Assembly (NCBI RefSeq): GCF_001194135.2
Contig: NC_068983.1
Span: 146,981,866-147,038,600 of the forward strand
Source: Octopus bimaculoides
Taxonomy: Eukaryota
Direction of reading: 5' to 3'
Length of the DNA: 56,735 nucleotides
In this document: piece after piece, positions 1-12,879 of the stretch
Layout: every line of letters starts with the position of its first letter
How positions within the stretch are numbered: the first letter of the stretch is position 1
Translations under genes and position numbers: made by a program
The notes under the pieces: model-generated
Told to the model about the DNA's origin: nothing
The model's input: the letters and a program-made list of their open reading frames with translations, nothing else
Databases searched by the model: none

Positions 1-181
1 ATGTGTGCATGATGTTGTTTCCCTGGTTGGCATTAGGAAAGGAATCCAGCCATAGACACCAAGCAAAATCACATTGGAACTTGGTGTCGTTCTCCAGCTT
101 GCCAGTTCTGGTCAAACTGTCCAATCCAAGTCATCTTAAAATGTCCGTTTCATGATGACAATGATGATTATGAGGATGATG
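1..181 (+). mobile_element. Degenerate 3' end of RTE-type LINE with (GAT)n tail
   Basis: ggttggcattaggaaaggaatccagc...tgatgacaatgatga resembles the 3' UTR that follows the RTE ORF2 at 25700-26074. Confidence 0.7.
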
Positions 182-306
182 CATGTATGTGTGTGTATAT
201 GTGCATGTGTATAGCAAATATATGCAATCAATGAAACTGATATCCTTTACAAAATTCAAATTGTTTGTCAGATATGTAGATCCTGAAGAGTCAGAGATAC
301 AATTTC
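131..306 (-). CDS. Possible exon 16 (degenerate second exon of MAM6, or terminal exon)
   Basis: The AG at 308-307 is phase-1 compatible with exon 15 and gives GNCISDSSGSTYLTNNLNFVKDISF... open to TGA at 133-131. MAM similarity is weak and the tail runs into microsatellite sequence. Confidence 0.3.
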
Positions 307-664
307 CTTTTAATTGATAAAATGATAAATGGTATAAAATTATATAAAAACTATATAAGAGCATAAACATCAAAATACCTCAAAAGCTATAAATAGTACA
401 AATCAAATACGAAAACAAAATATTTATTAAGGCTTCAATGGGAATTTACTATGTTCATGCAAAAATATTAATAATGTAGGAAGGTTTGAACAAGAAATTG
501 AATCTTAGCTATAGACTCAGTTTTCCACAAGCTTACTTCTTTATATTTCAAGTCCAAGAATCATAGATAACTAACTGAACACATAAGTCTGCTGATAAAT
601 ATACAGTCATCAAAAATAAAAGAAGGGATGCTAATGCAATATAAAATAAAGAATAATTACTTAC

Positions 665-775
665 CATCTGTTAGGTTAGTATCGTTTCTTGAATTTATTC
701 TTTCCCATGTTGAGTAGTAAGTTAGGTTGCTATACTGGCATGTGCCTTCTGTGAAACCACAGGAAATATTCCTGG
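665..775 (-). CDS. Exon 15: start of MAM6
   Basis: Pyrimidine-rich ...cattaaag acceptor and gtaagt donor; phase 1/1; RNISCGFTEGTCQYSNLTYYSTWERINSRNDTNLTD (C-x-F-x4-C...W motif). Confidence 0.88.
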
Positions 776-1854
776 CTTTAATGAGAAAGAGAAAAAAAAA
801 TCAACAACATTATTTATTTCATGTCATAAAATATTCTCAAAACTGAAAAAAATAAGTTGTTATTGTATACAACAAATATACAGAAGCATTGAAAACAGAA
901 TGTTTGAAATCAGAGAAGAATGAAGTGAGTGTGATCCTTTTGGTGTGTTATATTAACTTAAGCGAGGAGAATCAGTAAGCTGCCAATCACCTTAACCTGT
1001 CGGATGTTTCCTGTTTGTGAACTCTGTCTTAGTCATACAGATCAAAAATTTGTAATTTGTGTAGTCAACCGTTTGAAATTGGGGACACCCTACTGGATCT
1101 CTATTCACTGAACTGATGGATACTCTATCTAGGTATGACCTGGCTGACCCACTGTGGTTGTTTCATGTAGTCATATTTGGGAAATCCAGCTAGTAGGTGT
1201 TGGACAGGTCTGATCAGGTTTTGATACTTTAGTATCTCTTCTAAAGATTAGCCCTATACAATCTTAGTGAGCATCTAAAACATGGAATTATAACAAACAG
1301 AAGGCAGTTTACAACTTGCTACAATTCATTGATAATTTTATTGATAGAGTCAAGTTCAAGAAATCAAAAGGAAATATTGTTGTAGAATCATATCTGTTGC
1401 CTTCATTTTGTATTTACTTATACAATATTCATAAATTGTTTATAATTACTGGATCATGCAAATCACTACCTTGTTAATAAATGTTTCTCTTTCTTTAATT
1501 GATTATTAAAATGTTGTTGATTTGTTGTTTCATTTATAAGAACCACAAGAAATTATTGACGTTTTGCTTTCAATTTTGATTTTTTGTCATGTATCCTCGA
1601 TCATAAATGTTATATGTTATAAATAGCTGTACTTTTGTGTTCCATTTGTATAAAAGAAACTATATTTAATCAACTACACCTATCAACAACATCAGTAGCC
1701 ATCGGATCAATAGTCAACAAATGTAGTTGTTCACTTTAAATCCCTTATGTCTTATAAGATCTTTCTTTTATTAACAATAATAACACATCTATTTGGCAAC
1801 TTGTCAAGTACATATGGTAGTGGTTAGCTGAATTGTTACAATATTGGACATAAT

Positions 1855-1990
1855 GGTTTGTAGTATTTGTTCTAGCTCTTTATATTCTGAGTTCAAATTC
1901 TACTGAAATCACATTTGCCTTTTATCCCTCTTGGGTAAATAAAATAAAGTACAAGTGAAGTAGTGGGGTTGATGTTTTCAACTAAACTCA
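1855..1990 (+). mobile_element. Degenerate tRNA-derived SINE
   Basis: B-box-like ctgagttcaaattc followed by gccttttatccctcttgggtaaataaaataaagtac; same family as 14315-14467. Confidence 0.55.
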
Positions 1991-3099
1991 CTCTTCAGAA
2001 CTGTTGGGCAAAGAAACATAAGAGTCAGAATAAGAGACATTCGACATGGTGTAGACCTGTGATTAGTAGTAACTTTTGTGTTGCTATATGAGGCTATACA
2101 AAAGGTAACCTGTGGTCAGCGGGGCTATCAAAATGAACTTGCAAATTCTAAAGACCCCTGAACACCACAAAGCCATACTGGGACTGTATCTAGTAAGTAA
2201 AGAGGTGCTGAGACAAAGAACTTGTGACTGATGATGCAGATTAGAAAGCTTAATTGTTACATTTGTCAGAGTTCACAGAAGACCTGGGGAAAATAATAAA
2301 AATCGTCCACAGCATCAGAAAGAGCAACAAGCCCTAGTTTCCTGAATACCACCAGCCAAAGTTTTGGAGATAACAAAAGAAGACTCTTTAGGCCCAGTAT
2401 CACATACAGATGATAAAATGCCTTGTCTCCTAACAATGCCAACTAACAATGTCATCATGCTATTGAAGAAGACATAATTACAAATGAAATTACAAAAGAA
2501 CAAAGGAAAAAAAATCACAAAAACAAAAATACAACATAAAATAATGGAAACAGATGAGTTGGACCAATTTCTTCAAAGCAGTAACAATATCTCTCCTCAG
2601 GATAAAAATGAAGAAAATGCAGGAGTTGAAAATGAACTAAGCATCACTATTCTTTAAAAAAATCAAACTAACAGTTAATAGACAAAATCACACACATCTA
2701 GTGGCAAGGACTCTCTAAAGCAGTCATAATAATACAAACGACATACAAAAGATAGACTACAAGTGTAAATTAAAATTAAGATATTTTGTCAAACTTAGAA
2801 AAAGAACACTTTCAAGATGTTTGTGTATCTCAGTACCAAATATCTCAAAAAAGGGTTTACTGGTGCATCTGGTCATACTAGACTGCAGTTTGAGAAATGG
2901 TTATGTGAATAGGCATGTAGAGTACTCAACTCAACCTAGTCAGGAAATCTTTCATGTCATGTTTCTTTAAACTATATCTCGTTTTAATTACTATATGTTT
3001 TATTGTACATTTAAATTTTTTTCAGTGCAAATACATTGGTGAGCATTCATATATACATGTATATGTATGAACATGCAAGTGCATTAGCTAAAATGTAGT

Positions 3100-3325
3100 T
3101 TTGGTTTCGTGCTGAGGAGGAGCACTACTGATGCTATCTTTATAGTCAGACAACTGTAGGAGAAATATTTGACTAAGAATAAACCATTGTACTTGGTTCT
3201 TGTGAACTTGGAAAAAGCCTTCAAAGAGTACCTCACTGTGTGATATGGTGAGCTCTGAGAAAGCCAGGGGTAGATGAATGGGTTTTGAAAGCTGTACATG
3301 CTATGTACTCTGCACATGGAGTGTT
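3100..3325 (-). mobile_element. RTE-type LINE reverse transcriptase fragment
   Basis: Similar to the RT segments at 22443-22625 and 34142-34390 (YLAFVDLEKAFDRVP-like region). Confidence 0.55.
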
Positions 3326-3487
3326 CTCCATTCTTTAAGATGTCAACTTAATAATTTTTTGTATATAGACTGTAGTCCTAGGCAGCAAGAATGGATCCCC
3401 TGTTTCTACCTTCAGCCCTGAACTTCACAGCCCCACTGCTGAATTTGTGATTGATCTATATCAGCTTCCCTGGTGTAGTGTAGGTGT

Positions 3488-3645
3488 CAAGGGTAGACTG
3501 AACCGTCGGTCAGTCAGGCACTGCTCAAAGGCCCGGAGCTCTAAGAGGCCTGCACTCTACATGTTAACTCTACTGAAACACATATTTAAAGGGGCCTGGT
3601 AAATAGTTATGCCCAAGGGCCCTTAATACTCTCAGTCTGTCCCAG
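3488..3645. mobile_element. Short hAT-like MITE
   Basis: Imperfect TIRs (caagggtagactga / tcagtctgtcccag). 8-bp flanks gtaggtgt (3480-3487) and ctaggtgt (3646-3653) match 7/8. Confidence 0.5.
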
Positions 3646-3659
3646 CTAGGTGTTGATGA

Positions 3660-5370
3660 TTTCTACTGCAACGTGTCTTTCAAGGTTTTAGGTCCTTCTG
3701 CTTTTGCTTTCATCTTGTGTACTTCAGCTGTCTGTGTTGATATCTTGTCAGTTTTGTTAGCATTTTCTATTTCTGCAAAGTGTTAATCTGCTCTATATTT
3801 CTCAGCTTCTTTGTTTACATAATGGAGTTTCTTATGGGATTCATGTTCTCTCTCTAACATCCAGTTATGGTTCTTGCTTAAGTACTTCTGCAGACCAATT
3901 GTAGCTATTTTATATGAGAGCTCTATTTGGATTACAGCTCTTCCACTTTCTTCCCTTCGCAGATAGAAGTGTTCTATATCTGCCTTTGGATGTTGCATTT
4001 AATTGACAGTTGGTAGTTTTCTGGTTTTTAGTCCATTCTTTGTAGGTCACCATATTATAAATCAGGCACTACCAAAGTGTTAATAGATTCTATGTAGTTT
4101 TTGGAGTTCAGTTCGGTTTCCAGGATCAGCTTTATTCTTCTGTAGTACTCCTTTTGAGTTTTCGCCTTCATTTATGTATGCTGAATACCATCATCCTCAT
4201 TTATGCCATGATATTTATAAATTCTTTCTGGATCTCATTCTTTCATGGTTGCTTCTATGTCTGGTTGAATAAATGATGTCAGTTTTCCACCTTAGAAGTT
4301 GTTTTTGTGCATTTGTCATGATCAAATTCCATATCATTACTGAACTGCTTTATCATTGCTAAAAGTTTTAATTCTTAGTTATTCTTAACATACAACTTTA
4401 AATTGTTTATAAAAAAGAGATGGTTGATCAGACTAGTTTTTTGTTATTGCCAAGTTTATATCCATACAGAGTGTTGTTTAGTTCATTTGAAAAAGAGAAG
4501 AGTGCAACACAGAACAAGAGTGGTGAGAGTAACTGAACTTGGATAATTCCACAGTTTTATTTGATTTTGCCAGACTACATGACTTTATTGCTGAGGTTAA
4601 GACAAAGAGTTGTTGTCCACTAGGCTATATTATATTAGAGAAAATCTGAGATAACTGAAAAGATTTTGTATTTGTTAAGAGCTTTCAATATTCACTCATG
4701 TCAAAAGATTTCATGTAGCTTATCCATGCAGTATTCAAATTCTTTTTTTTTTTTGTGACAGTTTTCAAGAATCATCTTATTAATGTGAAACTGATATTTA
4801 GAACCATAAGAGTTTAGTTTACCACCTTTTTGTTATGGTATGACTGTATTTTCTTCAAGGAAGGTGTACATTCTTTCTGTTAGTACAGAGTCCTAAATCT
4901 TGTAAGTTTTGATGAGACTTATAATGGGCATATAGTTTCTTAGGTTTTTAGCTTGCTTTGTTTCGGAAAGGAGACACACAGTGCCTTTTGTCAACCACTT
5001 TGGAGATTTATCAAGATTCTGAATAATGATATTGAGTAATATCTTATGGATACCTGTAAGTGCATGCAACAAGTAAGTTGGTATTTGATCTATTCCTGGT
5101 ATATTCCATTTGCATGCTTTACTGAGGACCTGTCTCAGTTGTGGCACTCTTAATTGTTTCCACCTCTGTTGTTCAACTTCCTACATTATTTCATAGTCTC
5201 TATTGATCCAGGATGCTTCCCCACTGTATTCCTTTTAATTTGCTTCAAATGTTCTTCCAGAATTTCTCATCTTTCTCTGTTTGGTTTTTACTTTACTTCT
5301 ACTTGTTGTTTCTCTGATTCTCTGTAGAACTTCTTGGTATCCATCTGGAAAATTTTGTTTTGTCTATAAA
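3660..5370 (-). mobile_element. R4/Dong-like non-LTR retrotransposon fragment A (decayed RT and downstream region)
   Basis: ORF fragments PGIDQIPTY...PKWLTKG...NYMPIISL (4893-5147) and HPKADIEHFYLRREESGRAV (3783-3998) match the R4/Dong RT and the HPKxDxxRLYxxRxxGGRGL motif. Confidence 0.7.
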
Positions 5371-5371
5371 A

Positions 5372-5940
5372 CTTATTTCTCTCAACAAACACACAAGCCC
5401 ATTGTACTTTCACTTGAATAGACCCAGGAAGACATGGGACAAGGTAGTGAAGCATGATCCTCGAATTTTGGGTCTCACAGAAGCAATGACTAGTGACTGA
5501 GACCTTTGGCAATATGCTGTGGTTGAGAAGACCCATCAAGCCAAGCAAAATTGTAGTCATGGCTGATGCTGGTGTCATATAACTGGCACTCATGCCAGTA
5601 ACATGTAAAAAGCACCTTTTGAGTGTTGGGCCTTACAGAGCCAATGACCAAGACCTTTGGCATTATGTTGTGCTTGAGAAAACCCATCAAGCCAAGAAGA
5701 ATTGCAGTCATGGCAGATACTGTTGTCACACAAATGGCACCTGTGTCAGTGGCAAGTAAAAGCAGCACCCATTACACTCTTGGAGTGGTTGCAATTAGGA
5801 AGGGCATCCAGCCATAGAAACCATGCCAAACTTAAGTGGGGGCTGGTGCAGCCATCCAGTTTGCCAGCCTTGGTGAAACCACCCAACCCATACCAGCATA
5901 GACAATGGACGCTAAATGATGATGATGATGATGATGATGC
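5372..5940 (+). mobile_element. 5'-truncated RTE-type LINE 3' end
   Basis: GRPRKTW-like coding end, family 3' UTR and (GAT)n tail at about 5915-5940. Confidence 0.85.
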
Positions 5941-5944
5941 TTTA

Positions 5945-7530
5945 TGGTCTCTTGATATTAGGAAGAATGTCTTAGCTAGTAATACATTTCATTTTCAATT
6001 TCTTCAGATTCTTGTAGAATACAGAAAAGAACTTCTGCAGACTGACAATGAATCCTTCAATTCCAATATCCTTCAACCACTTAGGTAGCAGTTTGGGTGA
6101 TGTGCCTGGTGCACCAATTACCACAGGAACAATTGTAACCTTTGCATTCTACAATCTCTTAATTTCTCTGGCTAAGATCTTGATAGTTCACAGTTTTCTT
6201 AGTTTCTTTGATTTCCACTCTACTCTCATATAGTACTGTGTAGTCTATGAGCATACACATTATTCTTTTTCCTTCAACTATCATATCTGGGCTCCTTGTT
6301 TCAAATAGTATGGTCAGTCTTAATGGAAAAATCTCATAAAATCCTGTAGTTATCATTCACCATCACAATCTGTGGCTCATGCCACTTTTCTGTTATTTTG
6401 AATGCACACACATGGCTTACATCCCAATATACTCTTTTACTGACACAGTAATACTTGTGCATATATACTTATTGTACTGTTTTACTACATTCACTTAAGA
6501 GATGCTTAATGCTTTAGCCTTCTGTTCCACAGCTGTCTTCATTCTCTGACTGAATTTTATCAATCTTTGTTTGTACTAAGTGTGTTCTAATATTTTGTTT
6601 CTGAATTGCTACAATTAACAATTCTATTTTTCATTTTAGGTTTTTACCTGTCAGTCAACCAGCATTTTCCCCTTCCAGCATGTAAATGTTTCTTTCTAAT
6701 TGAATGCCCTGCCATTCTTCTTTCTGCTCTTGAATTCTCTTACTGCTTCAGTGACTTTTTGGACGTCTGCAGAGAGTATTCTTTTTGCATTAGGCACAAA
6801 CATAATTTTTCAAACCCTATATTAAAGCACTGATGGTGTCATCTATGTTTAACAAACCTCTGCTTCCTTCCTAGGCAGAGCCTAACAATATTACTTTTAG
6901 GTTAGTTTGCATTGTGTATTGTAAGCAGTGTCCTGGTTCTATCTTATTCCTATTGTTCTTTTTTGTCCTTTTGAGAAAAGGAGCAAAGTATCTCATCACT
7001 GGCATGTCTCTACTTTGATGCTTTGATGATATTCCTTCCTTTTAGTTTTCCTTAATACCTAGGCTATTGGCTAATTGTTTGGTTTCACTGTTAACGTCAT
7101 TGTATGTGTGCAGGGAAGCACATGTATACTTTTGTGTTACACAGTTGTCTAAAAGGCCATTGTAAGTGTATGTATCTATCCTATATACTTTTAGTTCTGT
7201 CCGAGACGAGTAAGGACATGACAGATTTCTAGTTGATGTATGTCTGTATGGAGTTTGCATTGAAAGGGGGAAGAAGACTTATGGAATTTTAGCTTGGGAA
7301 TGATGCCCAGTAGGTTTGTTTCAAAGTCTTCAAGTCCTTTGATCATTGATGAGAATCTCTTAGACTTGATCCCGTACTCGCTGGTTGCAGATGGTGACAT
7401 GCCTTAATTGTAGAAGTATGCCTTCTACCTCATTCATCTTATGAGGTCAATCATTTTCTTTAGGAGTATTCTCGTATAAACCTCATTAGACGGTGTTGGA
7501 ATATTCTTTGTTGAATAACTGATGTCATAA
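5945..7530 (-). mobile_element. R4/Dong-like non-LTR retrotransposon fragment B, including the restriction-like endonuclease domain
   Basis: ORF 6159-6356 RSPDMIV...CMLIDYT...EIKETKKTVNYQDL matches the RLE motif RPDI..C.LID..P...KE.EK..KY.DL; an RT C-terminal remnant lies upstream. Confidence 0.7.
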
Positions 7531-8047
7531 AGTTCCATGTTATCAGAGAGCTGGTGGCTTTTGAGAATATGTAGAAGCATGAGTCATCATTATAGATATC
7601 TAATGCAATACCACGTGATAGTAATTTGTAAGAAACTTTGTGACCGTGTCATGAATGGATTGTCAGGGGATCATATATCTGGAAAAGAAACACACTCTAA
7701 AGGAGAGAGCAATAATGTACTTACATGCAGTTAAATATATGTCCAGTTACAGAGTGATCATTGGTTTTGCATCCATAAAACAAAGCTTCATGGATGGCTT
7801 GTTGGATTCAAACAGTAAAGGGCATATATCTCTACGGTGAGTTAATTCGCTTGAGGCTTGGTCAAGTTAACTATCTTTTAGAGTGTGCTTCTTTTTTGGA
7901 TATATGTTCTCCTGATTATATATATATATAATTATATGTATTTCTTCTATCTTAATGAATAAAAATTCTTCGGATAGAATAAATGGGTTAATAGAAACCA
8001 ATGTAGCAAAGAACACAAAATAACTGTGGTATAGTTCCTGTTTTTAA

Positions 8048-8909
8048 GGCAGGAACTCCTTGAAATTTTGGGTATTTGAGTATATTTAAAAATTTAAAGA
8101 ATGGAGAAAACGCATGTTATAATTGCATACTTTATTCCTACATATGTTTCAAAGGATTACAACCTATGTGATCCATAGGGATCTGTGATATTAAAATTGT
8201 AACCTTCTCTTCAGGGAATGCATGGGAATCATCTTAAACGTAAGACATTATGACCNNNNNNNNNNNNNNNNNNNNNNNNNNNNNNNNNNNNNNNNNNNNN
8301 NNNNNNNNNNNNNNNNNNNNNNNNNNNNNNNNNNNNNNNNNNNNNNNNNNNNNNNNNNNNNNNNNNNNNNNNNNNNNNNNNNNNNNNNNNNNNNNNNNNN
8401 NNNNNNNNNNNNNNNNNNNNNNNNNNNNNNNNNNNNNNNNNNNNNNNNNNNNNNNNNNNNNNNNNNNNNNNNNNNNNNNNNNNNNNNNNNNNNNNNNNNN
8501 NNNNNNNNNNNNNNNNNNNNNNNNNNNNNNNNNNNNNNNNNNNNNNNNNNNNNNNNNNNNNNNNNNNNNNNNNNNNNNNNNNNNNNNNNNNNNNNNNNNN
8601 NNACATATGTACCCACGCATATACAAATATACACATATGTGTGCATGTCCCCATACACACATATATACATATATATATATATACACATGTATAAATAGAA
8701 ATAGACACATACACATACACATACATATACATCTACGCCTCACTTCATAACCTTATCCATCTATTTTCATACTCGGTCATAATGTCTTACGTTTAAGATG
8801 ATTCCCATGCATTCCCTGAAGAGAAGGTTACAATTTTAATATCACATATCCCTAAACATATGTAGGAATAAAGTATGCAATTATAACATGCGTTTTCTCC
8901 ATTCCTTAA

Positions 8910-8913
<4 letters not shown>
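8048..8913. mobile_element. Foldback/MITE-like element with long inverted arms, interior partly in an N gap
   Basis: 8090-8255 is the reverse complement of 8775-8913 apart from a 27-bp indel and a few substitutions. The left end reads TTAA|GGCAGGAAC; the right terminus is lost in (TA)n. Confidence 0.65.
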
Positions 8914-8951
<38 letters not shown>

Positions 8952-9007
8952 GTGTGTGTATACATACATACACGTAGAGAGAGTATATTTATATATATAT
9001 ATATATA

Positions 9008-9480
9008 CATGGTGTCCCAAAAGTCACTGATGAGTTTCAATTTTTAATAACTTTCTTAGCTTTACAAATAAATGCATGAGATTTTGATGCAATATAAAGG
9101 ACATAATGGAAATTAATATATGCAAGTCAAAATTTGCAACATCACTACATTACATATGGAAAATGACATCGCAGCTATTTTCGGCTTCGCACACATGTGC
9201 TCTTTCCAAAACTTACACCATAATACTCTCTAGAGTTTTAGACCCCCACTTCTCTGATTTATCTATTGATGTTCTCCTTCAGTTGCACCAGGGTCTCCGT
9301 TTTGTTGATGTAAAACCTCTTTAATCAAGTCTAGGGAACGTGAAGGCCAGCTGACATTGCCATAGGCGGAGATTATTCTCGTTCCAGACACTACCGTAGC
9401 AACTGCATTATTTCTCTTGCGGTATGAGCAGTTGCCCCATCTTGCTGGAACCATGTGTGAGGTCTACTTTAAATAACCTT
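9008..9480 (-). mobile_element. Decayed 3' part of a maT/DD37D-like Tc1/mariner element
   Basis: Terminus TA|catggtgtcccaaaagtc; minus-strand translation ...GTRIISAYGNVSWPSRSLDL resembles GRIISRxGDVxWPPRSPDL. Confidence 0.55.
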
Positions 9481-10133
9481 CACTTTCTCCAGACTTAATA
9501 AATAGCCATAGAAAATTACATTTTGGGAGAGTATCTGACAGTAATTAATTTATCATCAGCAGCTAGAACTTAACTGTCAATTCCCAGTGGTTTTAATTCT
9601 TAGTGGACGTAGTATTTCTAACTGCATTAGAGCTTTTGATAGTGATAAGAAGATAGAAAAAAATCGTAGCTATATTACCATCTCATGAACTCTGTCATTA
9701 TTCTCTTCTGCCACTAAGTTCATTCTGCTACAATAATAGCAGCATGTCATTCTTTCATTCTCCAGTTCTGATGAAATATTTGCGAAAAATTATAATGGAG
9801 TATCCTGTATGTTGAAAACCTATATTACGCATCGGAAGATGGTGATAAATTTTCAAACTGATATAATGCTTGCATTGCTCGATTAAATGGAGCCGCCTGA
9901 AATGGCTGCAATAAACTAATGCCTTAACATCCTTGTTACTTATTTGCTTTCTATACACACACATACACACACATATATAAATAAAACCATGTATCTATAT
10001 TTATATGTATCTCTCTCTCTCTCTTTCTCTTTCTCTCTCTTAATATATATATTATATTATATTATATATATTATATTATCGTGTACTTTCAGAGAGAGAA
10101 AGAGAGCAAGAGAGTCAGCAAAAAAAATCTCAC

Positions 10134-10329
10134 CTTGACATTCTTCTTCCAAGAAACCAACATTCGTGAGACCAATATATCGACCCGTTCCATATCCATG
10201 AGATGCAATAAATTCAATGTCTGTATATTCATTTGTTACCTGAACACATGCAGATTGCCATACTGATGATGGAGCAATACCACATTCTTCAAACACAAGT
10301 TCCTTTCCATTTGCAGTTTCAAGTTCAAT
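10134..10329 (-). CDS. Exon 14: C-terminal part of MAM5
   Basis: ttttttcag acceptor and gtgaga donor; phase 0/1; IELETANGKELVFEECGIAPSSVWQSACVQVTNEYTDIEFIASHGYGTGRYIGLTNVGFLEEECQ. Confidence 0.9.
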
Positions 10330-11889
10330 CTGAAAAAAATATACATACATATTATACGTTAGTTTGCATACACACACATATCAGTATCGTTTGCATCTTT
10401 TTTTTTATTCATTTTAATGCTGAAATGGTTTGGATGAGCCATCATGGTTTGACTTCTTAGAAGGTACTACAATGTCCTTGCACGTTTTCAAATACTTTCT
10501 GCCATTGGATGCTCTTCATAACACCAAATACTTTACAGAGTGTACTGAATGCATTTTATCATGGCACTGGCACTGGAGAAGTCACCAAATTCTCAACATA
10601 ACAACACTAAAGGGTTTTCTTGTTCCTATGCTGCCTCTACTTATTCATCATTCATCAACTACTTCACAGTGTGTTCAGTATGCATTTCATCATGGCATTA
10701 ACAGTAATAAAGTTGCCTGGTATTTTGAAACATGAAAAAGACTCCATTGCACTTCATCACCCACATTTTTTTTTTTTTTGCCAGCAGAAGTAATAGTTCC
10801 CTGAACTTTCTCCAACTTGCTCAGTTACATTTTCAGGTCACCAACCTTCGCAGTTAATTAGGTCACCTAGATTAACAGAAGTTACCTGTTACTTCTAGAG
10901 AGCCTTCAAGGTATTTAAGAAAATCCAGCTTTTGTGTCTCTGTGCACTTATGAAGTCTACTTTCTCTGTCAGCGTACTTGATATCTCACTATATACTTTG
11001 TTTGTCCAAAGTTTACACTAGGTACGTCACAGAGAATTATCACCTACTTCATTTCTGTATACTGAGCATGGCCAATTCCCTGATATTTTATTTGGTCCAC
11101 TCTTATTTTCTACTTGCTGTCACCTTAATCTTTGCTATGTTTACTTTGAAGGTTCTCTGTAGATTTGGCAATAAACCAAAAAGAATATTCCATTAATAAT
11201 ACACCCCAGTCCCCAAAATTGATTCAGAGAAAGGCTAGAAATACATTCCTATACTGATTTAATAAATTTATAAGTTCTATGGTGTTATATCATATCTCTT
11301 ATATAGAGATTGCTCAATATATTCTAGTACACAGTTCATATCCTCATTGGAATACTCATTTATGTTTGTGACATGTGACAAAAGAATTTTAATTCTTATA
11401 AAGGATAAGTCAAGAAAATAAAGTTTATGTCTGTCAGTAACTGGAGCATTGTAAAATTGATAAGTGTTCTGATAGTTTGAAATACTGAATTTAAGTTCCT
11501 TTGTGGTGCTGTAGAAAACACTGGGAAAATAATTTGGTAATTAGATTCAGATCAAAGTCATTATTATTTATATTGAATTTAAACTGTAGTTTTAATTATG
11601 AGTCAGTAAAACTAAGATATGTTGCATGAAACTAAGATACATTCCAAAGATCCATTGTGTAGAGAAAAATACTCCAGTGTTTCATTAATGAGAGCCCTAA
11701 AATTCTTGAAACTCTCTATCATCAAGGCTGATTATTTCTATCATAGACATAAGATATTGCCAGTCATAGTACAAGTACTGTTGATTTTATAACTGATTGT
11801 TGTGCATTATCAATCATCCATTTGTTTTTACAAATCTATTTCTCTGTGAATATGGTGATGATTTGAAGAGAAAAACTATTTGACCATAC

Positions 11890-12026
11890 CTGAAGTTTGC
11901 CAGATCCTTGTTGGAGATAATAATCAAAGTATAAACTATAGCCTGCGGGAGGTACAACATTTGGAAAAGAAAGATGTGTCTTGTCTCCAGGTTTGCCATT
12001 TATAGAATCAACATACATGTAATAGA
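11890..12026 (-). CDS. Exon 13: middle of MAM5
   Basis: ttttctttcag acceptor and gtatgg donor; phase 1/0; YYMYVDSINGKPGDKTHLSFPNVVPPAGYSLYFDYYLQQGSGKLQ. Confidence 0.9.
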
Positions 12027-12134
12027 CTGAAAGAAAAGAAAGAAAATGGGAATTAAAGGACAAAACAATGACATATTCATTATTAGTTTCTTTTATTGCC
12101 ACAAAAGTACTTGATAAGGAACACTATAAGAACA

Positions 12135-12800
12135 TCCCAGGAAGACCTGGGATGAGGTGGTGAGGCACGACCTTCGAACATTGGGCCTCATCGAGGCAAT
12201 GACTTCTGACCGAGACCTTCGGAAATATGCTGTGCGTGAGAAGACCCGGCAAGCCAAGTGAGACCCAAATCCAAGGCCTCTGCCAGGATGCGTACCTTCC
12301 TACATTGGACAATAAACTCCACTTGCGAAGACCTGTTGAGGCAAGTGAAATCGAACTAAATTCAACAGCTGGCACCCATGCCAACGTCGTCTCCTTCATT
12401 GGACGCAAAACTCGGCTTGTGAAGACCTGTTGAGGCAAGCGAAAGTGAAATCGTGATGGCACCTGTGCCCTGGCACTTGTGCTGGTGGCATGTGTAAAGA
12501 CATTCGAGTGAGATCGTTGCCAGTGGCGCTGGACTGGCTCCTGTGCAGGTGGCACGTAAAAGACACCATTTGAGCATGGCCGTTGCCAGTACTGCCTGAC
12601 TAGCGTTCGTGCCAGTGGCACGTAAAAGCACCCACTACACTCTCGGAGTGGTTGGCGTTAGGAAGGGCATCCAGCTGTAGAAACTCTGCCAAATCAGACT
12701 GGAGCCTGGTGTAGCCACCTGGTTCACCAGTCCTCAGTCAAATCGTCCAACCCATGCTAGCATAGAAAGTGGACGTTAAACTATGATGATGATGATGGTG
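12135..12800 (+). mobile_element. 5'-truncated RTE-type LINE 3' end with target-site duplication
   Basis: Starts in the PRKTWDEVVRHDLRTLGL coding end and ends in (GAT)n. 9-bp TSD ataagaaca at 12126-12134 and 12801-12809. Confidence 0.88.
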
Positions 12801-12879
12801 ATAAGAACAAATGGCAGCATATAACCTCCTCTACCTTTTCTTATTTTGATTGTGAATGTCAACGAATGATGGACTCTTC

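Noticed and set aside
2100-2700. Possible retroelement remnant
   Set aside because: No recognisable motif; family could not be supported.
8222-8750. Long ORFs over N runs (also 18779-19780, 31766-32891, 48292-48687)
   Set aside because: Artefacts of assembly gaps and microsatellites.
12460-12640. Repeat-spacer-like periodicity reminiscent of CRISPR (also 26230-26400)
   Set aside because: These are degenerate subrepeats within an RTE LINE 3' UTR in a eukaryotic intron; there are no cas genes or constant repeats.
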